Translations under genes and position numbers: made by a program | Assembly: GCA_028826165.1 (NCBI GenBank) | Contig: JAPDFW010000002.1 | Span: forward strand, 41,056 to 105,055 | Direction of reading: 5' to 3' | DNA: 64,000 nucleotides | Source of the DNA: Anaeramoeba ignava BMAN | Lineage: Eukaryota > Protista > Anaeramoebae | The notes under the pieces: generated by a model | Told to the model about the DNA's origin: nothing | The model's input: only the letters and a program-made list of their open reading frames with translations | The model's database searches: none | Part shown: positions 50,369-61,100 of the stretch, piece by piece | Position numbering within the stretch: position 1 is the first letter of the stretch | Layout of the letters: the number at the start of each line of letters is the position of its first letter

Positions 50369-51630
50369 AAAATAAGAATAGATTTAATTTAATATTTAAT
50401 TTATAAATTAATTTAAAAATGTAATTTAATATTTAATTCTATTATTAAAATAATAATTTAATGTTTTAGATTTAAATATTTTATTATTTAAATATTTAAC
50501 ATATAAATATAAAAAATAAGAATAGATTTAATTTAATATTTAATTAATAAATTAATTTAAAAATATAATTTAATATTTAATTCTATGTTTAAAATAATAA
50601 TTTATTGTTTTAGATTTAAATATTTTATTATTTAAATATTTAACATATAAATATAAAAATGAAAATAGATTTAATTTAATATTTAATTTATAAATTAATT
50701 TAAAAATATAATTTAATAATTAATTTTATGTTTAAAATATTAATTTAATGTTTTAGATTTAAATATTTTATTATTTAAATATTTAACATTTAAATATAAA
50801 AATAAGAATAGATTTAATTTAATATTTAATTTATAAATTAATTTAAAAATATAATTTAATATTTAATTTTTATTATTAAAATAATAATTTAATGTTTTAG
50901 ATTTAAATATTTTATTATTTAAATATTTAACATATAAATATAAAAATAAGAATAAGTTTAATTTAATATTTAATTATAAATTAATTTGAAAATATAATTT
51001 AATATTTAATTTTATTATTAAAATAATAATTTATTGTTTTAGATTTAAATATTCTATTATTTAATTATTTAAAATATAAATATAAAAATAAGAATAGATT
51101 TAATTTAATATTTAATTTATAAATTAATTTAAAAATATAATTTAATATTTAATTTTATGTTTAAAATAATAATTTATTGTTTTAGATCTAAATATTTTAT
51201 TATTTAAATATTTAACATATAAATATAAAAATAAGAATAGATTTAATTTAATATTTAATTAATAAATTAATTTAAAAATATAATTTAATATTTAATTTTA
51301 TTATTAAAATATTAATTTATTGTTTTAGATTTAAATATTTTATTATTTAAAAATATTTTGAAAATTGATTTTTGAAATTAAAATTTTATCTTTTTTTGAA
51401 TTAAATTGAATTAATATTAATTTGGAAATTTGTTTTAAAATTTAAATTTATTAATAATTTTTAAATTCCAAAAAAAATTAAATTAAAAATTAAATTAAAA
51501 TAATTTTCCTTTTTTTAATAAAAAATTAATAAAAAATAATAATAATTTATTAATAAATTAATTTAAAATAATAAATTAAAAAGAAAATTAAATTAATTAT
51601 TAATTTAAATTTATTCTTATTTTTATATTT
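50366..51630. mobile_element. Possible non-autonomous TIR (MITE/foldback-like) element whose left end is tandemly amplified
   Basis: Reverse complement of 51591-51630 matches 51221-51260 at 37/40 positions, and the array starts with this same motif. No clean TSD and no transposase. Confidence 0.3.
50369..51350. repeat. ~143-bp AT-rich minisatellite, about 7 copies
   Basis: The anchor AATAGAT (or a variant) recurs at 50377, 50521, 50664, 50807, 50951, 51093 and 51236 (spacing 142-144); 'GTTTTAGAT' occurs once per unit. Confidence 0.92.
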
Positions 51631-51741
51631 TTATTTATTTTCAAAATCCACTTTTTTATTTATTTTTTTATTTAAATTTTTTTTCATTTTTTCCTTTTTT
51701 TAAAACAAAAACAAAAACAAAAACAAAAACACAAAAACAAA

Positions 51742-53447
51742 ATGGATAATAATAATAATAATAATAACCAAATTGAAAATGCAAATCAAAATGAAAATCA
51801 AAATGAAAATGAAATGAAAAATTTAGAAAAAGTAACAAAAATTTAATTAAAAATTATTCAAACCTTTTAAATGGAAATTCATTTAAAGATTTTTCAATTT
51901 TTGTTGAGAATAAATCAAATCCTTTTGAAATTAAAGTTCATAAATCAATTTTATCTTCAAGATCTCCTTTTTAATGAATCATTAAGGCAAGAATCTCTTT
52001 CTATTTCTTTTAAATCAATTTAATAAAAAAGAAATGGAATCAATTTTGAGTTATATTTATTATGGAAATATTTCTTTTGAGAATCAAGAAAATCTTATCC
52101 AATTATTGAAATTTCAATTTATTTTAAATTAAATTTATTGAAAGAAATTATTCAAAAATTTCAAATTCAATTAATTATTCAAATTTTTTCCAATTTTTAT
52201 TCCAAAATCGAAATTTAAATTCAAATGAAATTGAAATAAAATGTTTTGAATTAATAAATCAAAATTTTTCCCAAATTCAAAATAATGAGAATTTATTCAA
52301 TTTAACTAAAGAAGAAATTATCAAATTTATTCAATTTAAACAAGAAAAAAAAGAAATTTTTCAATTTGATTTTTTTCAATTTTTAAATAATTGGATTAAA
52401 AAAAGAGTTAATTCATTAAAATTAAGGAAATATGAAAACAAAATGAATGCAAAGAAAAGATTATTTCATTCTTTTTTTTCATTATTTGATAAAGATTCAA
52501 TTTCAAAACAAGATTTTGATAAATTAAAACAATTTGATTTTTTTCTTCCAAATTCTTTTTTAATTCATTTTGAAAGAACTATTTTTGAAATTCAAGATAA
52601 AGAAAAGATAAAGAGAATCAAAGAAAAAGAAAAGGAAATTAAAAGAAGAGATAAAAGAATCAAATCATTTGAATCAGAAATTCGAAATTTGAAACAAGAA
52701 AATCAAAAGAAAGAAAAAGAAAATCAAAATCTCAAATCTGAAAATGAAAACCAAAAACAAGAAAATGAAAAGAAAGATAAGATTATCAAACAAAAAGATG
52801 AAGAAATTCAAAATATTAAATTATCATTTGAAAAAGAAATTGAAAAAGAAAATCAAAAAGAAGAATCAAAACAAAATCAAAAGAAATTGTTGAAGATTTT
52901 TTCAGATTCAGAAATTATTAAAGATATTGAATATGCTAAGAAATTACAAGAATGGATAAATGATAATGATTTTTTTTCTAAAATGAAAAAAGGATTTTCA
53001 GCAAAAAGAGATGGATTTTCTGGTCAAAATTGGCATAAAGCAGTTGATGGGAAAGGAAAAACATTAGTTATTATCAAAACAAAAGATAATTTTATTTTTG
53101 GAGGTTTTACTCAAGTTGGATTTAAATATGTTCAATCAGGTTATGAATACATTAATGATTCAAATGCATTTATTTTTTCATTAAGAAATGATAAAGGGGA
53201 TAGAATACCTGCAAAGTTTACAATTAAACAACCTCAATATGCAATTTATTCTAATTTAAGTTATGGTCCAACATTTGGTTATAATGATTTTTATTTAAAT
53301 TCTAATTTACAACCTGGTTATTCAAATTTTGGTAAATATTATAATCTACCTAATGGAATTACTTACCAATCAAATGAAGCTAGAAGTTATTTAGCTGGTT
53401 CTCCTGATAAATGGATTGTTGATGAAGTTGAAACTTATTTCATTTAA
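51742..53447 (+). pseudogene. BTB/POZ + coiled-coil + TLDc domain protein; 5' half broken by several frameshifts (pseudogene or poorly polished copy)
   Basis: Reading across shifts gives BTB 'FKDFSIFVEN..IKVHKSILSSRSPFF..ILSYIYYGNISF'. TLDc is intact: 'FSAKRDGFSGQNWHKAVDGKGKTLVIIKTKDNFIFGGFT..AFIFSL..YGPTFG..LAGS..VDEVETY'. Confidence 0.75.
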
Positions 53448-53920
53448 AAATTAATTAATAATAAGAAAATCAAACTTTTTTTTTTTTAATTTTTTTTTTC
53501 AAAATTTAATTCAATTTTAATTTACTTTTAATCAAATTAATTTCTTTAAAATAATAAATAAGAAACAAATTTAATTTTAAATAATTTAATTTTAATTTAA
53601 AATATTTATTAAAAATTTAATTAATAAAAAATAATCCAAAAAAAAAAATAATAAATTTTAAAAAATTGAATATTTTTAATATAATAAATAAAAATAAAAA
53701 TTGAAAATAGAAATTAATAATAATTAAATTTAAATTCATTAATTAAAATATTAAAATAAAAAAATCAAATAAAATTTATTATTAATTAATATTTAAATAT
53801 TAATAAATTATAATCAAAATCAAAAATAGAATAATTAGTAAATTATTTTTTTAGAAAGTTTATCTTATTCAATCATGTTAAATTCAATTTATTTAAAATT
53901 TTTTAATTTTTTAATTTTAT

Positions 53921-54250
53921 TTTTAATATATTTTATTATAATTAAAATTGAAATAATAAATAATCAAAAATATTAATTATAATAAATAAAAATATTATAT
54001 TAAATTAAAATTAAAATAAATTTAAATTAAATTATTATTAAATATTATTAAAATTAAATATTTATCTTTATTAAAATATTTATTCCACTTTTTAATATAT
54101 TTTATTATAATTAAAATTGGAATAATAAATAATCAAAAATATTAATATAATAAATAAAAATATTATATAAAATTAAAATAAAATAAATTTAAATAAATTA
54201 AATTAAATATTATTATTAAAAAATTAAATATTTATCTTTATTAAAATATT
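53921..54250. repeat. Two-copy ~169-bp AT-rich tandem duplication
   Basis: 'ttttaatatattttattataattaaaattg..tttatctttattaaaatatt' occurs at ~53921 and ~54090. Confidence 0.8.
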
Positions 54251-54320
54251 AAAATTAATTATTTTTATCTTTATATTAAAATAGAATTTTTAAAATTTTT
54301 CTTAATAAATTTTATTTTTA

Positions 54321-54774
54321 AATTAATAAAAAGATTTTATTAAATTTATTAAATTATTGGGAATAGTTTTATATTATTTTAAATAAAGAAATATTAATAA
54401 AATATATAAAATATAATTAATTTTAAATTTAATTATTTAATATTCTTTATTCCATTTTTGAAATAAATTAATAAAAAGATTTTATTAATTTTATTAAATT
54501 ATTGGGAATAATTTTATATTATTTTAAATAAAGAAATATTAATAAAATATATAAAATAGAATTAATTTTAAATTTAATTATTTAATATTCTTTATTCCAT
54601 TTTTGAAATAAATTAATTAAAAATTTTTAAATTTATTAAATTATTGAGAATTGTTTTATATTATTTTAAATAAATAAATATTAATAAAATATATAAAATA
54701 AAATTAATTTTAAATTTAGTTATTTAATATTCTTTATTCCATTTTTGAAATAAATTAATTAAAAGATTTTATTA
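54321..54774. repeat. ~145-bp minisatellite, 3 full copies plus the start of a 4th
   Basis: Units start at 54321, 54466, 54611 and 54753; each full unit contains 'ttattg(g/a)gaat' and 'tattctttattccatttttgaaata'. Confidence 0.9.
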
Positions 54775-55082
54775 TTGAAAGAAAAGAAAAACAATATAAA
54801 TTTCCTAAAATTAATATTAATAATAAGAAGTGAATTATATCGAGGAATGTTTTTATCTGTAACTGAAGATAAATCAAATAAAGTTACAGATTATAGTGAA
54901 TTAAGTAATAAATCATTTGAAATATTTGAATATTGGATTTATTCAAATCAAATTAAAGATGAAATTCAAATTACACAAGAAATAATTAATGAAATTCAAA
55001 TTGGAATTGATTATTTTCAATTAAATCAAACAAATCCAAATTTATTTGATTTATTAATTAAAAATTTAATAATCAAAATTAA
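54761..55082 (+). pseudogene. 5'-truncated copy of the last BTB domain of an RCC1-BTB paralogue
   Basis: Near-identical to 50044-50368 (e.g. RSELYRGMFLSVTEDKSNKVTDYSELSNKSF), with substitutions and indels; no start codon, no RCC1 part. Confidence 0.9.
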
Positions 55083-55199
55083 AATTAAAATTAAAAATTA
55101 AAAAAGAAGAAAAATTTTGTTTTATTATTTTTCCCTTTTTCTTGTTTTTAAATTTTTTTTTTTAAATTTTTTTTTTTTTCATTTTTTTTTTCACAAACA

Positions 55200-58100
55200 A
55201 TGCAACAAAAACAAAATACAATGCAACAAAAACAAAATACAATGCAACAAAAACAAATACAAATCTATTTTTATTTACATTTTGGTTCTCTTCAAACTAA
55301 TTCTGTTTCTGTTAAAATTAACAATCAAAATTTTATTCCTCTTGAACAAATCCATCCAAATAAAAATGTTTGGTATGCTTCTTTTAAAACTGAAATAAAT
55401 ATAGAACAAAATACGATCCAAATAAAATACTTTGAAAATCAAAAAGAAAAATTCTTGGAATTGAAAAAAAATTTTCAACTACATGAAAGAAAATTATTTA
55501 TATTTGAAATTACTCCAAGTAATGAATCTGTTTTATCAATAGGAAATGATTTACTTTTTTCGATAATATCAAAATTGATGAATATCCAAAAAAGAAGAAA
55601 AACAGAAAAAACGAAATATGAAAAAATAGAAGATATTTTTATCAATTTTTGGAAAGGAGTTAACTCTTTAAGTCAATATGAATTTTTCCAAAATCTCGAT
55701 TTACAAAAATCTAAAGGATTTTCTGTTATTGTGGATTATTTTTTCGAAGAATTAAAAAAAAAAGAAATATGGAAAAAACAAGAAATTCCGATTGAAATGC
55801 TATTTTTTGATATTTGCCTTACTAATTTCACTGAAAACTTTGATGATATTTTCATTAATAATTTACAAGCATTTCCTCAAAAAGTTGTTGAAATATTTCA
55901 AATTATTCAAAAAATATTTGCGATAGAAAAACAAGAATTAAAAGAAATTCGAGGAATTTTTCAAAATTATTTCAAAAGAAATCTTAAAAATTGTAAAGTT
56001 GAATATCTTTATTTATTTCCTTTATATTCAGACTTTTTAATACCTGAAGATTGGAACTTTTTCAAAATTTGAACCAAAACCAATTTTCCGAAAAATTTGA
56101 ATTTCTTATACATAATTATTCAATAAATCAAGGTTTCTTTTTTGATTTATTCAAGTTATTTGATTACAAAATATATTCAAGAGCAGAAGAATTAATTCTA
56201 ATTTTTTTCAAAAATTTAACAATTAAGAAAAAAGAATTATTAAAATATTTAATTCAAAATAATTTCAATTCATTAATATTAAACCTAATCAAAAATTTTG
56301 AATCACAAAATCTTCAAATCAAGTTGTGAATGTTTCATTACATTTTACCAAAGTTTTAAATCTATTCTTCAAAATCAAATTAAAAATCAAAATCAAAATC
56401 AAAATCAAAATCAAAATCAAAATCAAAATCAAAATCAAAATCAAAATCAAAATCAAAATCAAAATCAAAATCAAAATCAAAATCAAAATCAAAACCAAAA
56501 TCAAAATTATTTGAAAGAAATTGAAAAAGAAATTTGTGAAAATATCAATCAAAAATTTTTCCAAAATGAATCAAAATCAAAAATCTCAAAAATAATAACC
56601 GAATCACAAGTATTAAATTTAAACAATATTCCAAAATTTCTTTTTGAATTTATTTGGCAATTTACTGAACAAAATCAAAATCAAAATCAAAAGTTATTGG
56701 AATTAAATTCTTTAATTGGAGAAAAATTACCAACTAATTCTCAAAATTTCTTTCAATTCTTTAATTCACTTTCAGAAAAAGAACAAAATAATTGGATAAA
56801 TGTTTTCGTAACTATAAAAGAAAAAGAAAATGAAAAAATTTCAAAATTTGAATTTCTTAAATCAATTAAAAAATATCAAAAAGAAATTGAAAATTTTATT
56901 GAAAAATCAAAAAATTTAAATTTTTCTTATAAAGAACTTTCTGAAATTATTATTCAAAATTATGAAAATTCAAAAATTTGGGTTATATTCGAAAAACCAA
57001 ATTTACAAATTTTAAAAGAAGAACTTGAACAATTAAATCAACAAAAAAACTTCTTATCAAAAGAATTATATCCAATTTTAATTGAAGAAGATATTTTAAA
57101 AATTAAAGAAATATTGAATTTATTTGAAAGTGATAAATCAATTAATGAAATTAAAAAATCAATTCAAAATTTGAAAATTAAAGAAGAAATTATCCAAAAT
57201 TTTTATAAAATGAAACAAACTCAAATTTTTCAAAAGATTTATTGGAATGAATATCAACAATCATTAATAAATGAAAAAAAGAAAATTTCATTTGAAGATT
57301 TACAAAATAAAATTAAACAAATTCAAGATGATTTGATAAAAAAAACAAAATTAATTTCAAATCAAAAAATGAAAATTAAAGAATTTGAAAATTTATTCTT
57401 AAAAATAATTGAAAATGAAATTAAAATTAAAAAAGAATTATTAGAAAATGAAATTGAATTATTATTTGAAATTTCCAATATTCCTAAAGATAAAATTAAA
57501 CAAATTTGTTCTCCAATTTTAAAATATCAACAAGACAGAAAAAATTATTCCAAAATTCCTGATTGGTTTATTTTATTTGTTTCATTATTTAAATATGAAA
57601 ATGAATTTTATTCTAATTTTTTTAATCAAAATTGGAAAAATGAAAAAGAAATGAAAGATCTATCAAAAATTAATCAAATATTTCAAGAAATTTATAAATT
57701 TATTAAAAATACATTGAATAATAAGAAATATAATTTTGAATTACTTCCTCAATCAATTCAAATTTTACAAAAATTAGAAAATGATAAAGAATTTAAAGAG
57801 ATTTTTGATAAAATCAATAACAATAATTTAAAACAAACCAAAAAATATTTACAAAATTTAAGAGAAGAATTTAAAGAATATTTATATAATGAAAAACTTT
57901 TCAAATCATTTAATGATATATTTGAAATTATTATCAAAATTTATCAAAAAATAAATCCTTCACAAGAAAAATTAGAGAAAATTTTTAAAAAAATTGAAGA
58001 ATTAATTTTATTACAAAAACAAAAAGAAACTGAAGAAGAAAGAAATTTCACAAAACAAATTGACAATTTATTTTCCAGAATTTATCAATAATAACAATAA

Positions 58101-61100
58101 TAACAACAATAATATTCAATTTACTTTTTCAATTTTCTCAAAAGAACAAATATTTTCAATTATAAAAGAATTTCATTTTGAAAGCAAAAACAATAATTCA
58201 TTATCTCTTCTTAAATCATTTAAACCAAATTTAAAAAATGAAGAATTTGAAAATTTCAAAACTCAAATTTCTCAAATTAAAATTGATTCAAATTTTTTCA
58301 AAACATTTATTAATGAATTAGAAAAATTAATTCCTATCAAAAATTCAATCAAACAAAGAATAATCAAAATTGATGAAAATATTTTAAAAAAATCAAATTC
58401 TCAATTTAATCAAATTTTTGATAATCAAAATCAAAATCAAAATCAAAAATTTTTCTTTTATAAATTAGAAAAAGAAAAAGAAATTTATGAAATTGTTACC
58501 AGTTTATATTTAGGATATTGTAATCATTTCCCTTTAAAAGAAAATGTATTAATTTGTGATTCAATTTCAACAAAAAATGATATTAATAATTTCTTCAATA
58601 TTTATCAAATTTATAATGAAAAATATGAAAATATTCCAAAAAACAAATATTTATTTTCAATTCTTCATTCACATAAATTATCTCAAGAATGTTTACAAGT
58701 ATTAACTGAAAAAATTCAAAATATTTCTTTCACAATTCATTTTCCATTATTAATTTTCTTTTATGAAGAGAAAATTGGAAATTTTAGAATTGTTAACCAA
58801 TTTCCAAGATGTTTAATAACAAACAAAATCAAAATTCTTTCCAAAGAAAAAAATAACACAAATTTACAAAAAATATCACAAACTTTATCCAAAAATACAA
58901 TTATTTACTTCTAAAATTAGTGGAATGGGAAAAACTTATCAAATTCACAAAAAATTTAATGAAGAATATCAAAAAGAAAATTATCTATATTTCAATATCA
59001 TTTTATCAAAAGAAATATCAAATGATTTTATTAAAGATAAAGAAAAAGAAAAGAAATTTTTTCATATTGAATTACCTTTTTCACCTAAATTAGAAACTTT
59101 AGATTTTATTTGGGGATTTACAATGTGGAATTTATTTGAAAACAAAAGAGAAAAATCATCAAATTTCATTTTTGATTTTAATCAAGAAGATTTAAATAAT
59201 TGTTTTTTAGCTTTTGAAATTCCAAGTAATAGAAAAGAAAATTCAGAAAATGGATTAAATCATTTCCAATCATTAGAATATTTTCAAGAAAAAGAATGTC
59301 AAGTTAATTATGATGAATTTTCATTTATTAAATTTAAATTAAATCCAAATTTTATAATTGAAAAAATTGAAGATAAAAAATTGAAAAATGTTGCTAAATT
59401 AATTGAATTAAGTAATAACAATTTCAAACAATTCAAAAATATTCAAATTGAAAAAAGAAAAGAATTTATTAATCAAGAACCAAATAAAAAAGAATTCTTT
59501 AATTTAATTGAAAAGAAAATCTTACAAAAACTACCACATCAACCTTTAACTTTCAGAATAATATTTATTATTTGTTCAATTTTAAAATCCCAAATAATTT
59601 TATTACAAAATTGTCAATTTTTGGATTCAAATCAATTATTTAAAATAAGAACAGAAGAAGAAAAAGAAGAAATTTATGAAAAATTTATTTCACAATTATT
59701 TTCATTTTATTTAGATTCTATTGTTAATATTTCTTCACGTTATCTTAAATGGAGTACAAAAATAGAAAAATTAGAAACAAATGAATTTGAAGATTTCTCA
59801 AATTTATTAAAAGATAGAATTGATTGGAATCAAAAATTTTTCACTTTCCCAATCTTTTTAAATCAACTCAAAAACCAAGAACAACTTGAAATGATAATTA
59901 TAAGCAATAATCAAATCAAATCATTATTTAATCAAAAATTAGAAAATTTTTTAAACAATAATATATTGATTAAAATTTATGAAAATTTCCAAAATGATGA
60001 AGAGAAAATTGAAATTGAAAAAGAAATGATTTTGAAAATTCTCAATTCTTTTAATTCAAAACAAGATATAAAAGAATATCCAAAATTTCTCACTTCAAAT
60101 AACCTAATGAAATTAATCAATATTCATTATAGATTAATAGCAAAACTTCCAGTTATTTTTATTGAAGGAAATGATTATGAGAAAAACTTATTAATTCATT
60201 ATTTATTAGAAGAAATCTTAAAACAAAAATTAATAATTTTAAACATCAATTCTAAAACAAACAAAAAAGATATTGAACAAATTATTGAAAAAGCTGAAAA
60301 TATTATCAAAGAAAATCCAAATTCAAAAATTAATATTTTATTCAATGATTTCAATACAGGATCAAAAGAATGCATAATTTTATTAAAGAAAATTTTAATA
60401 GATCGATCTTTTGATTTATTAAATTTACCAAAACAAATCAATTTATTAGCTTCAATCAAATCATTTCAATCAAAACAATATTCTTCTCAAATCAAACCAA
60501 ATGAATCAAATGAATCAAATATAATTGAAGAAATAATTTCAAAACCTCAATTAATTCCTGATTCATTTTTTGAAGATATTTATGATTTTGGGAATTTAAA
60601 CAAAAAAGGAGAAAACAATTATATTTTATCAATGATTTACCAAAAATTTCCTCAATATTTAGTTAATATTGATAAAGAAAAAATTATTCCAATTATTTTA
60701 GAAACAATTAATTTTTCAAGAAATTATATTCAACAACAAAACAAAACAAATTATTCCATTCAATCATTACAAGATGTTTTCATATTTCTCAATATTTTCC
60801 AATGGTTAATTGAAAAAAAAATTTGCAAAAAATTAACTCAAGAAAAACAAGATAATCATGATTATATCTTACAAAGTATTCTATTATCTTTATTTGTTGT
60901 TTATGGATCATATTTTATTGGAGAAGAAAAAGATGATTTTTTATTAAATGTTGAAGAAAATTTAAAAAAAGATTCAGAAACAATAAAAATTAAAGAAATT
61001 ATTGATAAATTAACAAAAAGTTTAATTCAATCAATTCAATTTAATTTAACCAAAACAAATCTTTTCCAAAATCAAAATTTAAATGAAAATGGTTTATCAA

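Noticed and set aside
50369-51350. CRISPR-like array
   Set aside because: Whole 143-bp units repeat with no unique spacers; eukaryotic context with no cas genes.
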